From NCBI GenBank assembly GCA_001780035.1, contig MFEY01000008.1, forward strand, positions 43,371 to 84,096: DNA of 40,726 nucleotides, written 5' to 3'. Both the position numbers and the translations under genes were made by a program. Position 1 is the first letter of the stretch. Every line of letters starts with the position of its first letter. This DNA is from Candidatus Doudnabacteria bacterium RIFCSPHIGHO2_12_FULL_48_16. GTDB lineage: Bacteria > Patescibacteriota > Doudnabacteria > UBA920 > O2-02-FULL-48-8. Under the pieces are notes generated by a model. That model was given only the letters and a program-made list of their open reading frames with translations. It was not told where the DNA came from and did no database searches. Shown here in pieces: positions 17,757-26,505 of the stretch.

Positions 17757-18049
17757 AAACCAGACTAGAAACACTCGAGTCGATTCACGACTCATTGCTA
17801 GAAGAAAAAATGCGTCTAGAGATTGCGGTACGCAACCTCGAAGACCGCGGCGACGATGACGTGGTGATCCCTCGCCTGACTCCATTCAACATGGAGGGCC
17901 AAAAGACCAAGAAAGAATTGGTGGCCGAGTACCAGGAGCGGATTGAAAAAGTCGAACACGCCATCTTAACAACTGAAAAATTAATTGAAGAAGAACATGA
18001 CCAGACTCGACAACCCAAAAAAGAATCCGTTGGCACGAAGGAAGAATAG
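17753..18049 (+). CDS. Hypothetical coiled-coil protein (98 aa)
   Basis: An ATGA overlap with the upstream gene. The sequence is charged and heptad-like. Confidence 0.45.
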   Translation: MKTRLETLESIHDSLLEEKMRLEIAVRNLEDRGDDDVVIPRLTPFNMEGQKTKKELVAEYQERIEKVEHAILTTEKLIEEEHDQTRQPKKESVGTKEE

Positions 18050-18211
18050 GCCAAGGCTTATAGGTGGCGCATACATTCCAGCCGACCTTTTGGCCGAAGC
18101 TCAAAAGCGGCGTATTGAAATGGTCGAACGAGAGATCGCAACGCAAACATACCTCGCACTTCCACTTCGAAGACGAGTCTGGATTCGCATCAAACTATTC
18201 TTCATAAACCT

Positions 18212-19483
18212 ATGGAAAAAAATACGAAGGCAATAAAAATTACAGACCTCAAACACCCGGCCTACAACCCGCGGGAGATAAAGCGCGAGGATATCGACGC
18301 ATTAAAACGATCGATTGAAAGATTCGGATTGCGTGGACTCATCACGGTTAACAGCAGCAAGGGACGAGACGGTTTCATTGTCGGTGGCAACATGACTATC
18401 ATGGCTCTCAAGGAGCTGGGATGGGAAACAATACCGAAAGAGAATGTGGATTTGGTAGACATGCCGGAGAAGGAAGAAAAAGCCTTGAGCCTTGCCTTAA
18501 ACAAGATCGCTCAACGGCGCGACTGGAATGACGAGAAGCTGGCTGAACTCATGGTCGAGCTCAACCATTCTGATTTTGACCTGACTCTCACAGGCTTCAA
18601 CGAAGTGGAGATCAGCAACCTCCTCGACAGCCAAATGCTCGAAGAACCGGATGAAGAAGATAAAACTCCCGAAGAAGAATACGAGGAAATAAAAAAACCA
18701 GAGTCAAAATACGGTGAAGTCTACAAGCTCGGCCGACACAGGCTTATGTGCGGAGATGCAACCAAGATCGAAGACATCAAGAAATTACTCGGCACAGTCA
18801 AGGTGGACATGGTCTTTACCGACCCGCCTTACAACGTGGCTCACGTTAGTCACGAAAAACGCGGGAAGTTTCCAACTGAGCAAGGAAAGATTCTCGGCGA
18901 TCAGCAGAGCCAAGAAGACTTCGAAGCCTTCAGCGAAAAAGTATTTGCCAACTACCATGAAATCCTGAAGCCAGGCGCAACGATGTATGTCTGTACGGGC
19001 TATACCAGCTACCCGCTGTGGTACTACGAAATGATGAACGCCGGTTTTGAATTCTCATCGACAATCGTATGGGTTAAACCATCTTTTGCTATTGGCTGGG
19101 GCGACTACAAAAAACAATACGAACAGGTCATGAAAGCGAAGCGGAGTAAAGGCAAGACCAAAGCCCAGCCGCTTATGTATGGGTGGAAGAAGGGAGAGAG
19201 ACACTTCTTCTACGGCGATAACAACGAGAGCGACGTATGGGATATGCCACGCAAAGCGATTACCAAGATGACTCACCCGACCGAGAAACCGGAGTGGCTC
19301 ATTATGCGCGCCATAAAGAACTCAAGCCGAGTCGGTCACGTCGTGGTCGACTTCTTCGGTGGATCAGGAAGCACACTATTCGCGGCAAACAAATTGGAAC
19401 GCACTTGCTATTTGCTTGAACTCGATCCGCGTTGGTGCGACGTGATTCGCAATCGCTGGGAGAAGGTAAAAGTGAAAGGTTAA
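18212..19483 (+). CDS. ParB-like N-terminal domain fused to a DNA methyltransferase (N6-adenine/N4-cytosine, beta class)
   Basis: The N-terminus has PAYNPREI...SIERFGL...ALKELGW (ParB/Srx-like). Motif IV is FTDPPYNV and the C-terminal motif I is VDFFGGSGST. Confidence 0.8.
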   Translation: MEKNTKAIKITDLKHPAYNPREIKREDIDALKRSIERFGLRGLITVNSSKGRDGFIVGGNMTIMALKELGWETIPKENVDLVDMPEKEEKALSLALNKIAQRRDWNDEKLAELMVELNHSDFDLTLTGFNEVEISNLLDSQMLEEPDEEDKTPEEEYEEIKKPESKYGEVYKLGRHRLMCGDATKIEDIKKLLGTVKVDMVFTDPPYNVAHVSHEKRGKFPTEQGKILGDQQSQEDFEAFSEKVFANYHEILKPGATMYVCTGYTSYPLWYYEMMNAGFEFSSTIVWVKPSFAIGWGDYKKQYEQVMKAKRSKGKTKAQPLMYGWKKGERHFFYGDNNESDVWDMPRKAITKMTHPTEKPEWLIMRAIKNSSRVGHVVVDFFGGSGSTLFAANKLERTCYLLELDPRWCDVIRNRWEKVKVKG

Positions 19484-19522
19484 AGAAAAGATAAATAAAT
19501 AATCAAGAAAAAATAAAGCAGT

Positions 19523-20086
19523 ATGACAAAGCCCGCACTCACCACCTCAAAGATGCCAGGAGAAACTGAACAGCAGTACACTGCGTGGCTTTTGTATTGC
19601 GAAGCCGGAAGCCTTCGGAAGACCGAGGGGCTATGGAACAGGGTTGGGCAAACCTTGGGTGAAGCTGGGGTGGAATTTGCCGACCGGCTCGGTAAGAAAC
19701 CAAGTGATACCACCCTAGAAACGTGGTCAAAGAAGTACCGTTGGGTCGAACGGAAAGACCTCAAGCTCACCGAGGACTTGGAAGGTCTCCGTAAAAAGGC
19801 ACAGGAGATCAAACAGAAAAAAGTATTTGTTATCGGCGAAGTCTTCTGGGAAAAGCTACAGGCCCTAAAGAAGCAGATTAAAAAAGGAGAAGGCGCAACG
19901 GTGGATGAGATTAAGAAACTGTGGGAAATGTTCAGAACCGAAATGGGAGAGTCACTCGGCAAGCACGAGCTGAGCATCAACGAAGACGAACAGAAGCCTC
20001 CGACTCCTGAGCAGGAGGAGCTTGGTCAAGCGATCGACGAAACAATCAAAGCCTTCTATGGACGAAAAGGAAAAGCAAAAAAGTAG
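19523..20086 (+). CDS. Putative terminase small subunit
   Basis: The call rests on its position directly upstream of, and overlapping, the large terminase gene. An N-terminal HTH-like segment ETEQQYTAWLLYCEAGSLRK is followed by a coiled-coil region. Confidence 0.45.
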   Translation: MTKPALTTSKMPGETEQQYTAWLLYCEAGSLRKTEGLWNRVGQTLGEAGVEFADRLGKKPSDTTLETWSKKYRWVERKDLKLTEDLEGLRKKAQEIKQKKVFVIGEVFWEKLQALKKQIKKGEGATVDEIKKLWEMFRTEMGESLGKHELSINEDEQKPPTPEQEELGQAIDETIKAFYGRKGKAKK

Positions 20087-21599
20087 CATCCTATATTGGA
20101 TCAAGCAGAACGAAATAAAAAGCGAGAGTGGTGACCCGATCGAGTTCGCCGACCACCGCTTCATGCTGGATATTTATTCCGACCGTACACCAATACAGGT
20201 CATACGCAAAGGGTCGCAGATTGGAGCGAGCACGATGGAAATCCTGCGAGCTGTACATGCTGCGCGCTTTTGGGGCATCAACCAAATTTATACACTCCCA
20301 ACCGTGGATGACGTGGCCGAGTTCGTAAAAAGCAAAGTGAACCGCATCGTAAAAGTGAATCCCTGCATGCTCGAAGGAGTAAGCGGAAAAGACGTAGACT
20401 CGGTCGAGCAAAAACAGGTCGGCAAGTCATTCCTGTTCTTCAAGGGAACCTACACGGAAAAGGAAGCAATCATGCTTACATCCGATCGTAACATCCACGA
20501 TGAGCTCGACAAGTCCAAACCAGAAGTCATTCGAGACTTCACCTCCCGCATGGGCTTCTCAAAAATACGAAGCCAACATTACTTCTCGACCCCAACCATT
20601 CCAGACATGGGCGTCGACAAACTATTCGGACAATCGGATCAGAAACATTGGCGATTCAATTGTCCTCGTTGCAACTACGAGCAGCACATGGATTGGGAAA
20701 AGAACGTCGACCGTGAACGCAGAATATACGTCTGCCAAAAATGCCACGGTGAAATTACATCAAGGCATGTAAACGACACAGGCTGGTGGGAAGCTAGGTA
20801 TCCGGGAGAACCAATAAGCGGCTACTGGATAAGCCAAATGATATGCCCGTGGCGAACTGCTGCCGACTTGCTCACGGAAGAAGCCAACGCCGAAGACCAG
20901 CAATACTTCTACAACTTCGTGCTGGGCCTGCCTTATATAGCATCGGATCAGAAGATTCCGCAGAGTCTATTCCTTCGCAACGTAACGAATGAAGAAGTGG
21001 AAGCATCGGGCTGGAACGTGATGGGAGCGGATACTGGAGACGAAAATCATATTGTTATCGGCAACGCGAAAGGAATATTTTGGATCGGAAAAATTAAAGA
21101 CAGGCCGAACAAGACACGCTGGGAGTACATGGCCGAGCTGATTCAATTCTACGACGTGCGGGTTTGCGTGATTGATGCAATGCCCTGGACGGAAGAAGCA
21201 TTGCGTCTCGCCCGCAAATTCCCGTACCGCGTCTACGTTAATTTCTACAAAGATGACCCGAAGATGTTAGAAGTCGTTCGATGGAATGATGAGAAAGAAG
21301 AAGACGAAAAGCCATTCGAAGAAGAAGTAAAAGTGCTCACCTCCCGCAATCGAATCATCGACGACACAATATCATCCCTCCGCCGAGGAGAAATAAAGTT
21401 TGCCATGAAGTCAGATGACCCAACATTCAAGATGCTCATCGAGCACGCGCAAACAATGTATGCGCGAACTGTCACAAACCAATATGGTCAGGAAAAGCGC
21501 GAATGGGAGTCGACCACTGGCGTCGACCACGCATGGCATGCGCTCCTGTACTGGCATGTCGCTTTCAAAAAGAGACTCAAGTATGAACCAAACAGCTGA
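20058..21599 (+). CDS. Terminase large subunit, GpA-like
   Basis: The ATPase region is RKGSQIGASTMEIL and the zinc ribbon is CPRCNYEQ...CQKCHGE, as in GpA-type terminases. The start could be 20022 or 20058. Confidence 0.7.
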   Translation: MDEKEKQKSSILYWIKQNEIKSESGDPIEFADHRFMLDIYSDRTPIQVIRKGSQIGASTMEILRAVHAARFWGINQIYTLPTVDDVAEFVKSKVNRIVKVNPCMLEGVSGKDVDSVEQKQVGKSFLFFKGTYTEKEAIMLTSDRNIHDELDKSKPEVIRDFTSRMGFSKIRSQHYFSTPTIPDMGVDKLFGQSDQKHWRFNCPRCNYEQHMDWEKNVDRERRIYVCQKCHGEITSRHVNDTGWWEARYPGEPISGYWISQMICPWRTAADLLTEEANAEDQQYFYNFVLGLPYIASDQKIPQSLFLRNVTNEEVEASGWNVMGADTGDENHIVIGNAKGIFWIGKIKDRPNKTRWEYMAELIQFYDVRVCVIDAMPWTEEALRLARKFPYRVYVNFYKDDPKMLEVVRWNDEKEEDEKPFEEEVKVLTSRNRIIDDTISSLRRGEIKFAMKSDDPTFKMLIEHAQTMYARTVTNQYGQEKREWESTTGVDHAWHALLYWHVAFKKRLKYEPNS

Positions 21600-21609
21600 C
21601 AAAAAAATA

Positions 21610-21810
21610 ATGAATTCTACATCGGAAGAACAAGCTCTTCTGCTTGTGGAGATCGCCAAAGACTTGGCAGCCGTCGAGGAGGAGGGCTTCGGTCGTATCG
21701 TGATTGAGGTTAAGAACCACCGGATCGTTAACTGGTGGAAGGTCTCCTCTCGAACTGCACGAGGTTTTTGGCGTAAATTGCGTGGAAGCGTGGATCATTT
21801 GACTTCGTAG
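21610..21810 (+). CDS. Small protein, YezD/DUF2292-like (66 aa)
   Basis: GRIVIEVKNHRIVNWWKVSSR resembles the YezD beta-hairpin motif, from memory only. An alternative start is at 21583. Confidence 0.35.
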   Translation: MNSTSEEQALLLVEIAKDLAAVEEEGFGRIVIEVKNHRIVNWWKVSSRTARGFWRKLRGSVDHLTS

Positions 21811-21848
21811 AAACCTTGGTCAATGTTGTGTTGCGGATGGATGAATGG

Positions 21849-21882
21849 CCTTTAGAAAATCCTTAGAAAATGTTTAGGAAAT
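21849..21882. repeat. Three imperfect tandem roughly 11-nt repeats in a 280-nt non-coding gap
   Basis: CCTTTAGAAAAT, CCTTAGAAAAT and GTTTAGGAAAT, with helical-turn periodicity. Confidence 0.7.
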
Positions 21883-22092
21883 CCTATTGCTCCACGAGCG
21901 AAAATTACTATGCAATGCCAAACTGCCCGCAATCTGATTAACCTTCCAAATACGCAGATTAGCGGAGAATTTTGGCAGGGCATAAAGCCATCCAAGGAAA
22001 ACGGTTCTTGCCCGGTCTTGCACGATTGGATTGCAAGACGGTAAGGGAGGTCGACTGGAGCCGAGGTAAATTAAAAACGCATAAAGGAATTT

Positions 22093-22914
22093 ATGGCAAA
22101 AAAACAATTCGTCATCGGAGCAAGCGCGCTAGCAATTGTCTTCGGTCTCGCTCTCGGCGTAACGAGTGGCTTTACGTTCAGTAAGGGTTCTCCGGTATCG
22201 GCACAAGTCCAACCGGATAATTCTGCTGTAGCGGGCCCTCACACTAACGCCGCAATCGAGTCCATCAAAGCAGAGCTAGACAGCGTCACTCAATACGAAT
22301 CGGCATATGGCTGCTTGACCTTCGGTCGAGGTGGCCAGTCTGAATTCTGCGGAGCATCAAAAGAGCGCGTAGGGACACTAGAGAACAAGCTTACTGAAGA
22401 AGTTCATAAGCTTGAACTTTCCGGTCGTTCATCTGAAGCACTCGCCCAAGTAAAGAGCAACATCGAATCTCTCGCTGAGAGGAAAGCCGATGTTACCTTT
22501 GAGGGCACCTCCGCGAATCCCTACACCAATGCCGTCAAACGTATTGAGCAGTGGCAGGATGACAAAGGGTTCTTGTACATCGTCAACCCAACGAACAACA
22601 CCATTGTTCAATTCGGGCCTGGCCCTGGTAGCAAGATTTCCTTCGAACGCAACGGAAGCAAGAGTCTTCCTCAGTCAGAGCTTAAAGCAATGGCAGAGGA
22701 ATATCTCTCGAAGCATGTTGCAGACTTCGGCTCAGTCAAAGCTAACTTTAGCTTCCGACAGATGTCAAAGCCTGGCAGCGTCAGCTACGCTTTCCGCTGG
22801 GAGGATAAGTCCAAACCTCAGGGTGAGGACGTGACTCCGTTCGTTCAGATCGTCCTGTCGCCGGTGGGTGAGGTCATGAGCTTCAACGACGTGCGTAGCC
22901 TATATTCCAACTAA
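22093..22914 (+). CDS. Membrane-anchored/secreted protein, paralog of 23603-24514
   Basis: The N-terminal anchor is FVIGASALAIVFGLALGV. It shares the motif QYE..YGC....GGQSEFCGASKERV with the downstream paralog. Confidence 0.6.
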   Translation: MAKKQFVIGASALAIVFGLALGVTSGFTFSKGSPVSAQVQPDNSAVAGPHTNAAIESIKAELDSVTQYESAYGCLTFGRGGQSEFCGASKERVGTLENKLTEEVHKLELSGRSSEALAQVKSNIESLAERKADVTFEGTSANPYTNAVKRIEQWQDDKGFLYIVNPTNNTIVQFGPGPGSKISFERNGSKSLPQSELKAMAEEYLSKHVADFGSVKANFSFRQMSKPGSVSYAFRWEDKSKPQGEDVTPFVQIVLSPVGEVMSFNDVRSLYSN

Positions 22915-22920
22915 CACACT

Positions 22921-23460
22921 ATGAAGAAAACACTCTCACGAGTCGCGCCTTTCCTCATGGCTGTTGTCATGTTGGGATCGTTTGCAGGCGTCGCGTCGGC
23001 TCAGACTTACATTCACGCTAACGGTGGTTCGTATTGGTCACAAAGCGGCTCTGGCTGGAACTCGATCAACAATGATGGGTACTGTGTCAGTGGTCGTGGG
23101 CCGTGCGGGTCGAGCCTCTGGTATCTGCAGTGGAATTACAACACGAGCGGATGCGGGGCGGATGCGAATTCGACCTACACAATGGCATCGGTAGTCGGCT
23201 ACAATGGCGACACCTATGCTTGGATCGATAGCTCAACTGGAAATATGTACGGAGCCGATTATCTCGTCACGTACAATTACGCCAGTAGCTACGCCTCCAC
23301 TGTTGATCAAAGTGCGTACTACGAAGCATGGGCAACCATCGCGCTCGATAAGTACCGCACCTCGAACGTCCAACACAGTGACGGCTGGGGTGCCGCATAT
23401 GCCTGCAACGGCGTAAGCGGTCTTCAAGTCGAATTCGACGAGGTCAAACTGGAAATCTAG
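22921..23460 (+). CDS. Secreted Tyr/Trp/Gly/Ser-rich protein
   Basis: The signal peptide is MKKTLSRVAPFLMAVVMLGSFAGVASA-Q. The mature part is rich in aromatic residues with several Cys. Confidence 0.6.
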   Translation: MKKTLSRVAPFLMAVVMLGSFAGVASAQTYIHANGGSYWSQSGSGWNSINNDGYCVSGRGPCGSSLWYLQWNYNTSGCGADANSTYTMASVVGYNGDTYAWIDSSTGNMYGADYLVTYNYASSYASTVDQSAYYEAWATIALDKYRTSNVQHSDGWGAAYACNGVSGLQVEFDEVKLEI

Positions 23461-23509
23461 CTAAGCATCCTGACCGATAGTCAGATCGGCATTTGGAAGC
23501 ATAGCTAAA

Positions 23510-23540
23510 AGGGGCTCCCGCCAATCCGGGGGCCTCTTTA
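23510..23540 (+). terminator. Imperfect GC-rich hairpin, possible terminator
   Basis: AGGGGCTCCCG...CCGGGGGCCTCT followed by TTTA. The stem has mismatches. Confidence 0.35.
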
Positions 23541-23602
23541 GTTATCCACTAGTCAAAACATGACAAAACAGGACAGATAGGGTATACTGAAAACAAGCCG
23601 AA

Positions 23603-24514
23603 ATGAAAGGCCAAATTAATATGCTATTTACTCCAAAACCACAACACACAAAAATCCTTTTAGGAATCTTTGGCATTGCAGCAGTAGCTGGCATTGCCAT
23701 TTTTATTAATGCGAAAACAGGAAGCGAAACTCAAACCGCCGTATCTGACAACAGCCCAAGTGTGAAAGAACTTCAACAAGAGATGTCCCGGATAGCCCAG
23801 TACGAATTTGAACACGGGTGTGTTGAAAAGAACGAGCGAGGTCAGGATGTTTTCTGTGGCGAATCAAAACAAAAGGTAGATGCTGCTGAGGCTAGATATA
23901 ACACTGCAGTAAAAGCATCAACAATGCCAGAGAGTGCAACCGCACAGGCCGATACCGAAGCGATCAAGAAATTTATGGGTGATGCCACCTTCCAGGTGGA
24001 ATATTCCCGTAGCCAATCTCCTGCAAACTTTAGCGTGGGAGTGCTAACAAAACTTTCGGATCAGGGAGATGAGCGTATCGATACGCCACAAGCGTGGAAG
24101 CGGACAGTAAATATTTACAGAGCAACCCAAGATATTGAAGGAACTTGCCAAGTCTACGAATATGAAGTGTATCCAAAAACTCACGATATTGTGGAAGTGC
24201 GCGTAGTCTACCCGGAAAACTACCAAGGCAAATGCACAAAAGGCGATCTGTTCTCTCCTAAGATTCCGGAAGCCAAAATAAAAGAGGTCGGTCAATCGTA
24301 TCTCAAAAATCTTGGACTTGAACAATCGCTTACAGTAACCCCTGTTGACGATATGAGTCGATGGCAATGGAAGTGGCAAGATACGAACTATAAGCTTCCG
24401 GAGGGAGTCGTCGGCAGGTCGGCCGTCGATTCAAAACCAACCGTAAGATTATTTATTTCAAGCGCCGGGAAATTGCTTCAATACAACAACACGGTCGCGC
24501 TATTTGAGAATTAA
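23603..24514 (+). CDS. Membrane-anchored/secreted protein, paralog of 22093-22914
   Basis: TATACT at 23583-23588 lies upstream. The anchor is ILLGIFGIAAVAGIAIFI. The shared motif is QYEFEHGC...RGQDVFCGESKQKV. GC is lower than in the upstream paralog. Confidence 0.6.
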   Translation: MKGQINMLFTPKPQHTKILLGIFGIAAVAGIAIFINAKTGSETQTAVSDNSPSVKELQQEMSRIAQYEFEHGCVEKNERGQDVFCGESKQKVDAAEARYNTAVKASTMPESATAQADTEAIKKFMGDATFQVEYSRSQSPANFSVGVLTKLSDQGDERIDTPQAWKRTVNIYRATQDIEGTCQVYEYEVYPKTHDIVEVRVVYPENYQGKCTKGDLFSPKIPEAKIKEVGQSYLKNLGLEQSLTVTPVDDMSRWQWKWQDTNYKLPEGVVGRSAVDSKPTVRLFISSAGKLLQYNNTVALFEN

Positions 24515-24515
24515 T

Positions 24516-24698
24516 ATGAACAAAAAAATCCCAAAAGATTACCTTACAGCCAAAGAAGCCGCCGCTGTCCTTCGTGTGAGCGAACGGACAATCATGCGAT
24601 ACATTAAAAACAAACGATTGCTCGCCACCAAGATAGGTCAATGGCGAATTAAAAAAGCGGACATTGACCGTCTGGTAAAAGCAAGTAGTAATAAATAA
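24516..24698 (+). CDS. Excisionase-family (MerR-like, HTH_17) DNA-binding protein
   Basis: LTAKEAAAVLRVSERTIMRYIKNKRLLATKIGQWRIKKADIDRL is the classic excisionase-type HTH pattern. Confidence 0.75.
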   Translation: MNKKIPKDYLTAKEAAAVLRVSERTIMRYIKNKRLLATKIGQWRIKKADIDRLVKASSNK

Positions 24699-24702
24699 CT
24701 TT

Positions 24703-25821
24703 ATGACAGATCAACTTTTATCCAACACACCGCCATCACGATTCAGTTTTTTGAAGACAAAGCGTGCCATTGCCATTGGGGTTGGCATGGCAATCATAGC
24801 CGTGGGAGCAATAGCGTGGTACGTCTCTTACAATAGTCAGTTTGCCGCTCCGCAGGCGAATGCGGAACCGGAACAATTTACAATGCCACTGGGTTCTGGC
24901 GACTTTAAAAATCTCACGGCGTTGCTCAAGGAAAAAGGATTCATCAAAAGTGAAACAGGATTCAAAATCGCTTATTTCAAAACAAACGGAATCGGTGTAA
25001 CAGCTACAACCTGCGTGGACTGTTTCGTCCCCGGTGCTTACAAAATCTCCAAGAGTATGACGGCTTGGCAGGTAGCCGAAACTTTCAAAGAGGGGCCTTA
25101 TATGAAATGGGTTGTGATTCCGGAGGGGCTTCGCAAAGAACAGATTGCAGATATTCTCGCCAACCAGCTTGGGTGGAGCGAAGATGTAGAAAGTAAATGG
25201 ATTACCACCTACACATCGATGAACTACGATGAGATTGAAGGATTATATTTTCCAGATACCTACTTGATCCCGGTCGACGAAGAACCGCTGAAGGTGGCCG
25301 ACAGATTGCGTGCAAAGTTTAACGAAAAGCTTCAGCCTTATACCCAGGAGGCTCTCAAACAGAACATCAAATGGACAACGGCACTCAAGCTCGCTTCAAT
25401 CGTGCAAAGAGAAGCGGCTGGCCAAAATGATATGCCACTCATTGCTGGCATTCTGTGGAATCGTCTGCTCAAAGACATGAAGCTTGAAGTCGATGCTACT
25501 GTGCAATATGTTCGAGATGATCAGATTCACTACGGCGAAGCACGGTTCGATAAGCAGCCAGGTAGCTATAACAGCGAAGGCACCTGGTGGACGCCGATCA
25601 AACCAGAAGACAAAGACATTCCCTCGCCTTATAACACCTACCGAAACAAAGGTCTGCCTCCTCACCCGATCGACAACCCTGGTATCGACGCAATCAAAGC
25701 GGTACTTTATCCGGAGGAAACGGAATGCATGTTTTATCTCCACGACGAATCAAAGACCATTCACTGCGCTAAAACCTTCGAGGAACATAAGATAAATATT
25801 GCAACTTATTTAAGTGATTAA
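24703..25821 (+). CDS. mltG: Endolytic murein transglycosylase MltG (YceG-like)
   Basis: An N-terminal TM span is present, along with LASIVQREA, EVDATVQY and YNTYRNKGLPPHPIDNPG. Confidence 0.85.
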   Translation: MTDQLLSNTPPSRFSFLKTKRAIAIGVGMAIIAVGAIAWYVSYNSQFAAPQANAEPEQFTMPLGSGDFKNLTALLKEKGFIKSETGFKIAYFKTNGIGVTATTCVDCFVPGAYKISKSMTAWQVAETFKEGPYMKWVVIPEGLRKEQIADILANQLGWSEDVESKWITTYTSMNYDEIEGLYFPDTYLIPVDEEPLKVADRLRAKFNEKLQPYTQEALKQNIKWTTALKLASIVQREAAGQNDMPLIAGILWNRLLKDMKLEVDATVQYVRDDQIHYGEARFDKQPGSYNSEGTWWTPIKPEDKDIPSPYNTYRNKGLPPHPIDNPGIDAIKAVLYPEETECMFYLHDESKTIHCAKTFEEHKINIATYLSD

Positions 25822-25823
25822 TT

Positions 25824-26489
25824 ATGAATCTTCTCATTGTCGAAGATGACAAAGAAACCCTGAATTTTCTAAAGCCTTCCCTGAAGGCGGAAGGGTTTGT
25901 CGTCGACATAGCAGAAGATGGAGAGGCGGGGTCTTATAAAGCTAAGACCAACGACTATGATCTTGTTATTTTAGATATTGGATTGCCGCGAAAAGATGGA
26001 CGACAAGTGTGCTCCGAGATTCGGTCTGCAGGCAAGACCATGCCCATACTTATACTCTCGATAAAGGGCGAGATTGAGACGAAGGTAGATCTTCTAAGCA
26101 TCGGGGCCGATGACTATATTACAAAGCCGTATTCATATGCTGAATTGGCCGCACGTGTAAAAGCATTAATACGTCGGCCACAGAAAGTGGAAGATGAAAT
26201 TTTGCGCGTAGGCGACATAGAACTTAATCTGCCCAAACGATCTGTCTATCGAGCTGGTAAAAAGGTTCATTTGGCTCCGAAAGAGTTTTTTCTTTTAGAA
26301 TATTTACTCCGTAATCGAGGACGGGTGCTCACACGACAAACGATTCTGGAACATGTTTGGGACATGAATGCCGACTTGTTTACCAATACCGTTGAGACGC
26401 ATGTCACGATTCTCCGACGGAAGCTGAAAGGTAGGAATAAAAACGACTTCATACGGACAGTTTCGGGTACCGGATATGTGATTGATTGA
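25824..26489 (+). CDS. OmpR/PhoB-type response regulator
   Basis: The receiver domain has LLIVEDD, DLVILDIGLP and ILSIKG. The winged helix has LAPKEFFLLEYLLRNRGRVLTRQTILEHVW and IRTVSGTGY. Confidence 0.9.
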   Translation: MNLLIVEDDKETLNFLKPSLKAEGFVVDIAEDGEAGSYKAKTNDYDLVILDIGLPRKDGRQVCSEIRSAGKTMPILILSIKGEIETKVDLLSIGADDYITKPYSYAELAARVKALIRRPQKVEDEILRVGDIELNLPKRSVYRAGKKVHLAPKEFFLLEYLLRNRGRVLTRQTILEHVWDMNADLFTNTVETHVTILRRKLKGRNKNDFIRTVSGTGYVID

Positions 26490-26496
26490 AAATATC

Positions 26497-26505
26497 TGCT
26501 ATAAT
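26497..26505 (+). promoter_or_regulatory. Extended -10 element TGcTATAAT between the response-regulator and kinase genes
   Basis: TG at 26497-26498 and TATAAT at 26500-26505. The same TGCTATAAT 9-mer recurs upstream of the ParB-like gene (37657-37664; TGCTATACT at 5650-5658). Confidence 0.45.

Larger units (their letters stand above)
11725..23470 (+). mobile_element. Phage-derived island (cryptic prophage or remnant); right boundary uncertain (about 21.8 kb or about 23.47 kb)
   Basis: A contiguous co-directional block carries phage replication and recombination genes, two DNA methyltransferases and terminase genes, with many ATGA-type overlaps. It begins right after the secA terminator. No integrase, portal or capsid gene, and no flanking direct repeats, were recognised. 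Confidence 0.6.

Noticed and set aside
17985-18236. 83-aa ORF bridging the gap between the coiled-coil gene and the ParB-MTase gene
   Set aside because: It overlaps both neighbours, is highly basic and has no motif. It might be a real small gene (an ATG at 17997 or 18120), but I cannot support it from the sequence alone.
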